In this document: positions 49,722-58,268 of the stretch, piece by piece
Layout of the letters: every line of letters begins with the position of its first letter
How positions within the stretch are numbered: the stretch's first letter is position 1
NCBI GenBank assembly: GCA_016926555.1
Contig: JAFGOI010000002.1
Span: 1 to 58,268 of the forward strand
From: Patescibacteria group bacterium
Lineage (GTDB): Bacteria; Patescibacteriota; WWE3; UBA101185; UBA10185
Direction of reading: 5' to 3'
DNA: 58,268 bases
Program-made: the position numbers and the translations under genes
Notes under the pieces: generated by a model
Databases searched by the model: none
The model's input: the letters and a program-made list of their open reading frames with translations, nothing else
What the model was told of the DNA's origin: nothing

Positions 49722-52700
49722 ATGCCCTCCTCTGCCGAAAAAAAACCAAATATATCTTCTCTAGAGAAAACACAATTGAGTGTTTCTGAAGCTGCAGCAT
49801 ATCTAAAGGTATCTCCTTCGACACTACGAAGACTTGAATCAGAAGGTGAAATCAAGGCAATTAGGCAACCCAATGGTTACAGACTATTTGAACTAAACGA
49901 TCTATTGAACCTAAAAAAATCCCTAGAAATAAAGAAAAACGAGAAGAAAATCCAAAAGCAGATAGAGAAAAAGACAGTGAAAAGAGTACACCAGATCCAA
50001 AAAAATCAAAGGGAAGTAAAAGTAAGCAACCAATATGTAGTAAATAACGTTATATATGGTCAACCAAATCCAAATGTATTTTATAGTATTTCAAAGGCAT
50101 CAAAGTACCTTGGTATATCCCCATCTACCTTGAGAAGAAAGGAAAAATACGGAGAAATAAACTCCTACAGAAAATCTAACAGACATAGGGTATTTAATCT
50201 AAATGATCTAAAAAAACTCAAAGTAAAACTAACTGAAGAAAAAAAATACAAAGACGATCATACATTAGAAAAAAAAGAAATCGCAACCCAAACTAGAATA
50301 CAAAAACAGAAGGCAATACATGAAAAAATTGAGGAATTCGAAGAAAAACTAAATCAGATAGCCCAGTTTAAACCCTCCCAATTACCTAGCACAAGGGTAA
50401 AAGGGCCGGCTGGCACTTCCCATGTTGTAGTGCGAAAATACTCCTCACAAAAGGGCTTAATTCACGATAGAATTGAAAAAAGAAAACTAAATTATGGAAT
50501 CTTGTTAGGTCTTGCATGGTTAGTTACCACATTGGGAGTTGCAACAACGACAATTATACTAAGCAAGAAAGACTTAAATATACTCGCAAAGAGAAACACA
50601 TACAACACATACATGCTCCAAGGTGGAAACGTGTTGGGACTCGCAGACAAATTGCAAACTTATATTTTCAGAATTAATGTTGCAAGTGTAATGGAGAAAT
50701 CTCTTGCTATAAAAGATACTTTGGAGGTAGAACATCTCTCAACACTTAAAGGGGGCATAACAACTTTAGGTTCTTATGTCGAAACCGGAACACTAAACTT
50801 CACTGATACAGGTGATATGAATAATTTGTTAGCAATCGATGATACAACAGAGACAACACTTGAAGAAGCCTTAGACATCAGAGGAGACGTAATCGGAGAT
50901 AGTTTACTTGATGTAAAAATTGCAGAAGATATTGTAGATGATGGTCACTTAGTTAATACTCTTACATACACAGGAGACTGGGACTTTGGTGGTACATGGG
51001 GAATAGACGGAGCCACTGTTGAAGCTACCGCAGATGAAATAAACTTACTAAGTGGATTAAGTGCGACTACGGAGGAACTAAATACATTATCAGGGGTTAC
51101 TATAGAAGACGGAGGAATAGTATACTCTGACGGATCAACCTTCTTAACAGACGCAACCAATCTTACCTGGGACTCATCAAGCTACAGACTAGGCATAGGA
51201 ACAAATGCACCAAACTATGCACTTGAAGTAAACGGATACACAGGGATCTCTTCGGGATACGACTTGTTGATCGGAGGAATTGGTCTAAGCGATGTTGGTA
51301 CATCTAGCACTACATCAGGAGCTTCGCTAATAAGTGCTTTTGATGAATTTACAAGCACAGACCAGACTAATCTTCAGGATATTCTTAGGGAATTTGACGC
51401 AAATATCGGCATAGCAGGAATCAGATATTGGGAACTGTATGGAAATACTGTTTCCACAATACTGCCAACATATGACATGTCCGTGGGAGGATCCGAACCT
51501 GGATCTTCTCTTTATTTTGATGCGGATGCCGAACTTTTGACTCTAACAAACACAACATCCGGAGTCTCTTTTATTGTTAACGATCAGGCTAACGACACTA
51601 CCCCATTTGCTATTGATAATGCCGGAAATATCGGAATTGGTACTTCAGCCCCAAATTATAAACTAACAGTTGACGGTACTGTGGCAATAAGAGAAACAGG
51701 AGCGTCTCCACATTATTACACGATATTACAAGCAGACGACCAACCAAACAACATAACATACACCTTGCCTGAGAATTACCCCGCTGATTTTAACTTTGTA
51801 CTAGCAGGTGACCCTACAGGGGATCTTAGATGGGCTTCAGTATCTGGCGTTGGCAGCATCACTGGTAGCGGTTGGCCTAGCTACATTACCAAATGGTCTA
51901 GTGGATCAACGCTAGGAATCTCCGTTATGTATGAAACCGAGGGAAAGATTGGTATTGCAACAACCGCTCCCGATTACATGCTTGATATTGCCGGTACATT
52001 AAATATGACAAACCTATACATAGATGATAACGAGGTTATATCCACAGCCGCAGAAATAAATTACCTAGATGGATCAAGTATAACGACAGGAGGCGTGGTT
52101 TTTGCGAATGGAACAAACTTCACACAGGATGTTACAAACCTTTTCTGGGATAACACTAACAACTATCTTGGCATAGCCACTTCCACACCCAACGCTGCAT
52201 TAACCGTAGGAAACAACGAACAATTCACAGTAGACTCTTCAGGAAACGTAAACACTACAGCCGGAGTCCTTTGGGATTTATCGTCGGTAATCCACAGCGG
52301 ATCAGAACCTCAAGGATTTAAACTACCCCAGGGAAATGGTCTAACCAGCATGACCATAGCGGCTGGTGAGGGCTACATTGCGTGGGATTCAAGTGATAAA
52401 AAACTAAAAGCATTCGACGGAACCGGGTGGTTCGATGTAGCTTACGGAGCTAAAGTTTTATGGACTGACGCAGGTCCACATGTATACGCAGATAACTTTC
52501 CCCAATTCGTAATTTCGGATCTTCATCGAATCGGCATAGGAACTTCAACTCCCTCCTATCTATTAGATGTTGCAGGAACAATGAATACTAATACGCTACT
52601 AATAGCGGGCTCTACAATAACTTCTTCGGCGTCAGAAATAAATTTCTTAGACGGCGCTACGGTCATTTCTGGGGGCTTAGATTTTGGAAACGGTACTTTC

Positions 52701-55700
52701 ATAACCCAAGATGCAGAAAACCTTTTCTGGGACGATTCTGGGGATCGCCTGGGAATTGGAAACTCCAACCCACAATACACACTCGATATAACAGGAAATA
52801 TTCGAATAAGTAATTTCTCGGGAAGCGATACAAATGAAATTGTGATATCCGACTCAGGTGAATTAGGAACCCGAACAGTTGACTCACGAGTTTGGGGAAC
52901 TACACTTCTGGATGGAAGTGGACCTGCAAATTACATAGCCAGATTCCTCGATAGTAATACTATAGGCATCGGTATACTATATGATAGTGGAAATGCCGTA
53001 GGTATAGGGAATACTGCCCCCGCGCACATGCTGGACGTGGCAGGAACGATGGCATCACAGGGTTTAGTCTTGGCTGGCACAGCTGTAACCTCATCTGCTA
53101 ACGAAATTAACATTTTGACAGGTGCGACAGTGTCAACTGCTGAAATTAATTATTTAACAGGCTCGTCCGTTCTAACGGGGGGCATTGTCTTCGGAAATGG
53201 GGCAAACTTTGCACAAGATGTCACAAATATCTTCTGGGATAATACAAATAACTACCTCGGTATAGCCACATCCACCCCAACAGCAGCGCTAACTGTAGGA
53301 AATAATGAGGAGTTTACTGTGGATTCATCTGGAAATGTAACGTCCGCAGATGGTACCTTGTGGGACTTATCAGATATTGCGCACAATGACTCTGCAGTGC
53401 AGGGGTTTAAGTTACCACAAGGAAATGGTCTGACCAGTCTGGTCCCCGCAGCCGGAGAAGGTTACATCGCATGGGATTTAAATGATCAGAAATTAAAAGC
53501 ATTCGACGGAACAGGATGGTTCGACGTAGCCTACGGCGCTAGGGTCTTGTGGACGGATGCCGGCCCGCATGTATATGCAGACAACTTTCCTCAATTTGTA
53601 ATTTCGGATTTACATCGAATCGGTATAGGCACCTCAACCCCCTCCTACTTACTGGATGTAGCAGGAACCGCTGCTGTACAATCTCTAATACTAAACGGAG
53701 GAACAATTACTTCATCAGCTTCCGAAATAAACATATTGGATGGCGCTACTGTGACATATAACGAACTAAATTTTCTAGACGGCGCATCGGTCACGAACGG
53801 TGGACTGGTATTTGGAAATGGAACATACCTTACTCAAGACGCAGCGAACATATTTTGGCAAGACACAAACAATAGATTAGGAATAGGAACAAGCTCTCCG
53901 AACTACACACTTAGTATAAACGGAACACTGGGTTTTATAGAAGTCGGCACTGAGCCGACCCCGCAGTTTTACACAATATTTCAAGGTGGAGACCAAAACC
54001 AAAACATAACTTACACATGGCCCGTAGATTATGCAGGAGGAAACAATTACGTTTTATCTTCAGATACCTCCGGTACACTAGAATGGTTAGATCTCGCGGC
54101 TGCAGGCTCCGTAATTGGGTCTGGTACTCCAAACTACGTAATGAAATGGTTAACCACGCAAAATGCTACAATTTCTCAACTATATGATGATGGAACCTTT
54201 GTAGGTATCGGAACTTCTGCACCATCTTACCTTTTAGACGTAAGCGGTACGCTTAACACACTAAACTTATTTTTGGCCGGATCCGAAGTTAGCACAACCG
54301 CAGCTGAACTAAATATTTTAGATGGAGCAACTGTTACAACTGCTGAGGTTAACTACTTAAGCGGCTCATCCGTACTTAACGGCGGAGTTGTTTTTGGCAA
54401 TGGTACAAGATTTACTCAAGACATAGCTAATTTCTACTGGAACGATGCTACTAATAGACTTGGAATTGGCAATACATCGCCATCCGCAACATTTTCCGTA
54501 GGTTCAGCCTCTCAATTTGCGGTAGATAACTTGGGAAATATTCTATTGGACGCCAATATGACGATTTCCAATTCACGCCTAGTAGATCTATCGGGAATAA
54601 TTCATGCCGACACCGCTCCCCAGGGTTTAAAACTCCCACAAACCGGATCATTAACCAATATGGATAACGCGTTGGCAGGTGAAGGATATATCGCCTGGGA
54701 TAATACAATAGATAAACTCATGGCATTTGATGGAACAACATGGTTCGACGTTGCTTACGGTGCCACAGTTCTATGGTCGGATGCTGGACCCCATATATAC
54801 GCAGATAATTATGGGCTTTTCGCTATTACAGATTCAGGTCGCGTCGGAATTGGCACCTCTACTCCTTCATTCAATTTAGACGTTGCGGGAACCGTAAACA
54901 CTACGAATCTCTATATAGCTGATACTGCAGTTACTTCATCCGCAAATGAACTGAATTTCCTGGATGGCACATCAGTTATTTCGGGAGGAATAACCTTTGG
55001 AAATGGTACATATATTACCCAAGATGTTTCCAACTTATTCTGGGATAACTCGAATAACAGACTCGGTGTCGGAACTAGTTCACCTGGGTATGAAGTTACC
55101 ATTAATGGTTCCCTCGGATTTATTGAAGTTGGTACTGAACCTGTTCCCCAGTTCTACACGATCTTTCAGGGAGGGGATCAATACCGAAATATTACATACA
55201 CATGGCCTACAGACTACGCGGGCGGGGATGATTTCTTATTAGTCTCAAACGCATCGGGAACGATGAGATGGATGGATTTAAGTCAAACTGATACGATTTT
55301 TGGAAGCGGCATCACAAACTTTATACCAAAATTCTCAGACACCGATACCATTACTGTCTCACAGCTATATGATGACGGGACATATGTCGGGATCGGAGAT
55401 TCAAACCCAGCTCATTTATTAGATGTAGGAGGAACTACCGCTACTATCGGTTTCATACTCAGCAACGTAGCAATTACTGCTGACGGAAATGAAATAAACA
55501 TTCTAGACGGGGTAACAGCAAATGCGGGAGAGATTAACTATCTAGATGGTGCATCTGTCCTTATTGGAGGTATCACTTTCGGAAATGGAACATATATAAC
55601 CCAAGATGTATCTGAGTTGTACTGGGATGCAAGTAACGACAGACTCGGACTTGGTATAACTAATCCATCTTATACTCTGGACATAACCGGAAACATGAGA

Positions 55701-58268
55701 CTTACTACATTCTCTGGCGTTGATTCGAATTCTGTTGTAATCGAAAACAGCGGCGTAATTGGGAACAGGACCATTGATTCCAGAGTATGGGGTACTACGC
55801 TACTCGACGGATCCGGACCAGCTAACTATATAGCTAGATTCCTGGATCTAAACACACTTGGCACTGGACTTATATACGATAATAATACTTACGTAGGTAT
55901 CAACGACCTCACTCCAAGTTACATGCTGGACGTTGGTGGAACTATAAGCGGACAAGCACTTGTTTTGGCAGGAACCGCTATCTCCGCTACAGCTGCCGAA
56001 CTAAATATACTGGACGGAGCAACTTTATCAACCACGGAACTAAATTATCTTACCAATTCTTCCGTAATTAATGGCGGGGTTGTTTTTGGTAATGGTACAA
56101 ACTTTACCCAAAATGTAAGTAGTTTCTTTTGGGACAACACAAATATTTTGCTTGGAATTGGGACGTCAAATCCGGGATATAACCTAGATGTGGCAGGAAC
56201 TATCAACACAACAAATCTGTATATGGCAAATATAGAAGTTACTTCAACCGCCACAGAATTAAATTACCTAGATGGGTCAACAGTTTACTCAGGGGGTATT
56301 ACCTATGGTAACAGCACAAACTTAACTCAAGATCTCGCCGATTTTTACTGGAACTCCTCCTCAAATAGATTGGGACTTGGAACTTCTGCACCGGGACAAA
56401 CACTTACCATTTACGGAGATTTCGGATTTATAGAAACCGGCACAGACCCTGTTCCTCAATTTTATACAATCTTCCAAGGAGGAGACCAAAATCAAAACAT
56501 TACATACACTTGGCCCACAGATTACGCAGGAGATATTAATTACGTTCTACTTTCAGATCCAACCGGAAAACTGGAGTGGACTTCCCTACTCGCCGCGGGC
56601 AGTGTCATCGGTTCAGGAACAAATAACTACGTAACCAAGTGGACTACATATGGTAATATTGGCGACGCGTCACTTTACGATGATGGCACATATGTCGGAA
56701 TCGGAACTTCTGTACCATCCTATACGCTTGACGTGGTCGGAGACGTAAGAATTTCCTCAGGGAATGATTATTATATTGGTACTATAGGTTTGGGTAGTAC
56801 AGGACCAACACAGACAACATCGGGGGCTTACTTAATAGGTGTATACGATCAATTCAACAGCTCAGACGCAGAAGATCTACAAGAGACTCTGTACGACTTT
56901 GATCAGGCAATTGGCGCCGGAGCATCAAAATGGACTCAAACAGGAGGCCTGACTTTCTTAACCATTGCTGCAAACGATCTTGCAGTAGGCGGCTCGCACC
57001 CCAGTTCAGTACCATTCTATATCGATGTAAGCGAAGACACAGTTTGGATAGATCAAAATACACTTTTTGTCGACGGGAATAACGATAGAGTCGGAATCGG
57101 AACTACAATCCCACAGGCCACTTTTTCAGTTGGCGCAAACTCACCATTTAGAGTAGATAGCAGCGGCGACATTACAAGATTAAAAAATGTTTCATACTCA
57201 TGGCCAAACGTCGCAGCCGACAATAATGATTATGTTTTGGCCTCCGATACATCCGGCAATCTTACGTGGAAATCTGTAAGTGGGGTCGGCAGTATTACAG
57301 GACAAGGGGAAGTAAATTATCTCGCAAGATTTGATACGCGGTTCACTCTTACATATAGCACGGTCTTTGATGACGGTGTCTTTGTTGGTGTAGGAACAAG
57401 TACTCCTTCCTTTTTACTGGATGTGGCCGGAACCTTAAACACTACAAATTTATACATTGCCGGCTCCGCTGTTACGGCCGACGCGAGCGAAATTAATCTT
57501 CTTGATGGTGCCACAGTCACAACCACCGAGATAAACTACCTAGCCGGTTCCGCGGTAACTGTCGGAGGATTAGTTTTCGCAGATGGATCAAATTTTACTC
57601 AAGACGCAGTAAACCTTTCATGGGATGATTCCAATAACAGACTGGGAATTGGCACTTCAACTCCTTTATATACTCTCGACGTTAACGGAGATGCTAGGAT
57701 TGCAACCTTTACGGGCACCGATACCAATTCCGTAGTTATTGAGGATAGCGGGGTTCTCGGCAACAGAACAATTAACTCAAGAGTCTGGGGGAATACTCTA
57801 CTCGATGGGTCTGGACCTGCTAACTATGTGGCCAGATTTACCGACCTGGATACACTGGGACCAGGACTTATATACGACAATAATACTTATGTCGGAATTA
57901 ACGATCCGACCCCAAGCTACATGTTGGACGTTGGCGGAACTATAAGCGGACAGGCCCTGGTACTTACTGGCACTGCCATCACAGCATCGGGATCTGAAAT
58001 TAACATATTAGATGGCGCAACTGTGACTTACAACGAGCTTAATTACCTGGATAATTCCTCAGTTATATCCGGTGGAATTGTTTTTGGCAATGGTACTAAT
58101 CTAACTCAAGATACTGGGTTCTTATTCTGGGACAACAGTAACAATAGGCTTGGCGTTGGCAATTCTGCGCCCACACAGACTCTGTCCGTAGGACCTTCCT
58201 CACAATTCACGGTAGATTCATACGGAAACGTCTCTGTGGCCGATAATGCTTTGGTAGATCTATCCGGA
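49722..58268 (+). CDS. Giant membrane-anchored repetitive fibre-like protein with two N-terminal MerR-like HTH domains (partial, at least 2849 aa, runs off the window)
   Basis: Translated by hand from 49722 to about 51240 and spot-checked in frame at about 53.0, 55.1, 56.8 and 58.2 kb. Its absence from the ORF track fits a frame with no stop in the window. LSVSEAAAYLKVSPSTLRR and YSISKASKYLGISPSTLRR HTHs, TM at about 50490-50563, then repeated EINxLDG / FWDNxNNRLGIGT / P.Y.LDVAG units. Confidence 0.9.
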   Translation, partial: MPSSAEKKPNISSLEKTQLSVSEAAAYLKVSPSTLRRLESEGEIKAIRQPNGYRLFELNDLLNLKKSLEIKKNEKKIQKQIEKKTVKRVHQIQKNQREVKVSNQYVVNNVIYGQPNPNVFYSISKASKYLGISPSTLRRKEKYGEINSYRKSNRHRVFNLNDLKKLKVKLTEEKKYKDDHTLEKKEIATQTRIQKQKAIHEKIEEFEEKLNQIAQFKPSQLPSTRVKGPAGTSHVVVRKYSSQKGLIHDRIEKRKLNYGILLGLAWLVTTLGVATTTIILSKKDLNILAKRNTYNTYMLQGGNVLGLADKLQTYIFRINVASVMEKSLAIKDTLEVEHLSTLKGGITTLGSYVETGTLNFTDTGDMNNLLAIDDTTETTLEEALDIRGDVIGDSLLDVKIAEDIVDDGHLVNTLTYTGDWDFGGTWGIDGATVEATADEINLLSGLSATTEELNTLSGVTIEDGGIVYSDGSTFLTDATNLTWDSSSYRLGIGTNAPNYALEVNGYTGISSGYDLLIGGIGLSDVGTSSTTSGASLISAFDEFTSTDQTNLQDILREFDANIGIAGIRYWELYGNTVSTILPTYDMSVGGSEPGSSLYFDADAELLTLTNTTSGVSFIVNDQANDTTPFAIDNAGNIGIGTSAPNYKLTVDGTVAIRETGASPHYYTILQADDQPNNITYTLPENYPADFNFVLAGDPTGDLRWASVSGVGSITGSGWPSYITKWSSGSTLGISVMYETEGKIGIATTAPDYMLDIAGTLNMTNLYIDDNEVISTAAEINYLDGSSITTGGVVFANGTNFTQDVTNLFWDNTNNYLGIATSTPNAALTVGNNEQFTVDSSGNVNTTAGVLWDLSSVIHSGSEPQGFKLPQGNGLTSMTIAAGEGYIAWDSSDKKLKAFDGTGWFDVAYGAKVLWTDAGPHVYADNFPQFVISDLHRIGIGTSTPSYLLDVAGTMNTNTLLIAGSTITSSASEINFLDGATVISGGLDFGNGTFITQDAENLFWDDSGDRLGIGNSNPQYTLDITGNIRISNFSGSDTNEIVISDSGELGTRTVDSRVWGTTLLDGSGPANYIARFLDSNTIGIGILYDSGNAVGIGNTAPAHMLDVAGTMASQGLVLAGTAVTSSANEINILTGATVSTAEINYLTGSSVLTGGIVFGNGANFAQDVTNIFWDNTNNYLGIATSTPTAALTVGNNEEFTVDSSGNVTSADGTLWDLSDIAHNDSAVQGFKLPQGNGLTSLVPAAGEGYIAWDLNDQKLKAFDGTGWFDVAYGARVLWTDAGPHVYADNFPQFVISDLHRIGIGTSTPSYLLDVAGTAAVQSLILNGGTITSSASEINILDGATVTYNELNFLDGASVTNGGLVFGNGTYLTQDAANIFWQDTNNRLGIGTSSPNYTLSINGTLGFIEVGTEPTPQFYTIFQGGDQNQNITYTWPVDYAGGNNYVLSSDTSGTLEWLDLAAAGSVIGSGTPNYVMKWLTTQNATISQLYDDGTFVGIGTSAPSYLLDVSGTLNTLNLFLAGSEVSTTAAELNILDGATVTTAEVNYLSGSSVLNGGVVFGNGTRFTQDIANFYWNDATNRLGIGNTSPSATFSVGSASQFAVDNLGNILLDANMTISNSRLVDLSGIIHADTAPQGLKLPQTGSLTNMDNALAGEGYIAWDNTIDKLMAFDGTTWFDVAYGATVLWSDAGPHIYADNYGLFAITDSGRVGIGTSTPSFNLDVAGTVNTTNLYIADTAVTSSANELNFLDGTSVISGGITFGNGTYITQDVSNLFWDNSNNRLGVGTSSPGYEVTINGSLGFIEVGTEPVPQFYTIFQGGDQYRNITYTWPTDYAGGDDFLLVSNASGTMRWMDLSQTDTIFGSGITNFIPKFSDTDTITVSQLYDDGTYVGIGDSNPAHLLDVGGTTATIGFILSNVAITADGNEINILDGVTANAGEINYLDGASVLIGGITFGNGTYITQDVSELYWDASNDRLGLGITNPSYTLDITGNMRLTTFSGVDSNSVVIENSGVIGNRTIDSRVWGTTLLDGSGPANYIARFLDLNTLGTGLIYDNNTYVGINDLTPSYMLDVGGTISGQALVLAGTAISATAAELNILDGATLSTTELNYLTNSSVINGGVVFGNGTNFTQNVSSFFWDNTNILLGIGTSNPGYNLDVAGTINTTNLYMANIEVTSTATELNYLDGSTVYSGGITYGNSTNLTQDLADFYWNSSSNRLGLGTSAPGQTLTIYGDFGFIETGTDPVPQFYTIFQGGDQNQNITYTWPTDYAGDINYVLLSDPTGKLEWTSLLAAGSVIGSGTNNYVTKWTTYGNIGDASLYDDGTYVGIGTSVPSYTLDVVGDVRISSGNDYYIGTIGLGSTGPTQTTSGAYLIGVYDQFNSSDAEDLQETLYDFDQAIGAGASKWTQTGGLTFLTIAANDLAVGGSHPSSVPFYIDVSEDTVWIDQNTLFVDGNNDRVGIGTTIPQATFSVGANSPFRVDSSGDITRLKNVSYSWPNVAADNNDYVLASDTSGNLTWKSVSGVGSITGQGEVNYLARFDTRFTLTYSTVFDDGVFVGVGTSTPSFLLDVAGTLNTTNLYIAGSAVTADASEINLLDGATVTTTEINYLAGSAVTVGGLVFADGSNFTQDAVNLSWDDSNNRLGIGTSTPLYTLDVNGDARIATFTGTDTNSVVIEDSGVLGNRTINSRVWGNTLLDGSGPANYVARFTDLDTLGPGLIYDNNTYVGINDPTPSYMLDVGGTISGQALVLTGTAITASGSEINILDGATVTYNELNYLDNSSVISGGIVFGNGTNLTQDTGFLFWDNSNNRLGVGNSAPTQTLSVGPSSQFTVDSYGNVSVADNALVDLSG
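52265..54890 (+). repeat. Three copies of an ~100-aa internal module (about 52265-52580, 53360-53670, 54580-54890)
   Basis: DLS.I.H...QG(F/L)KLPQ...GEGYIAWD....L.AFDGT.WFDVAYGA.VLW.DAGPH.YADN. Confidence 0.85.
52800..57960 (+). repeat. Three copies of an internal module (about 52800-53050, 55690-55960, 57690-57960)
   Basis: F.G.D.N..VI..SG..G.RT..SRVWG.TLLDGSGPANY.ARF.D..T.G.G..YD. Confidence 0.85.
53930..56535 (+). repeat. Three copies of an internal module (about 53930-54040, 55115-55230, 56420-56535), plus a diverged copy near 51690-51790
   Basis: GFIE.GT.P.PQFYTIFQGGDQ..NITYTWP.DYAG. Confidence 0.85.

Noticed and set aside
49673-57945. Short ORFs listed in the track across 49.7-58 kb
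   Set aside because: All are antisense or off-frame shadows of the single giant + strand ORF.
51000-58268. CRISPR array, DGR template/variable repeats, or a prophage tail gene
   Set aside because: Repeats are in-frame protein modules that differ at synonymous sites rather than specifically at adenines. No identical spaced repeats, reverse transcriptase, cas or other phage genes are in the window, and the protein has a TM anchor.

Overview
Low-GC bacterial chromosomal window. The compact genes, the short tsf/ybeY/rplA, the absence of pyrH between tsf and frr, and the many membrane-anchored orphans suggest a Patescibacteria/CPR genome, possibly WWE3/Microgenomates-like (inference only). It uses genetic code 11. 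Most of the window is housekeeping: cysS, recR, dnaX, pth, ybeY, rpsU, rseP, frr, tsf, rpsB, topA, dprA, def, fmt, rpmB, four tRNAs, a probable 6S RNA and secE-nusG-rplK-rplA. Accessory content includes two GC-rich orphan genes with a shared leader, a diverged nucleotidyltransferase, an IS remnant next to mgtA and a mini pyruvate kinase, an HNH gene running into tRNA-Trp, a VapBC-type toxin-antitoxin pair, and pbpC plus alpha-2-macroglobulin. The strongest candidate for a new system is at 43.3-58.3 kb. An F1-type ATPase operon has no subunit a, and the subunit-c position holds a carboxylate-less c-like hairpin fused to an exported beta-domain. It is transcribed divergently from a giant membrane-anchored fibre-like protein (at least 2849 aa, open past the window end, missing from the ORF track) with two N-terminal MerR-like HTH domains. 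A second highlight is ribosomal protein S2 carrying a GreA-like coiled coil with both catalytic acidic residues. At least 11 genes have a -10 hexamer exactly 6 nt before the start codon, which points to leaderless mRNAs. All family calls come from motif recognition by eye; no searches were run.
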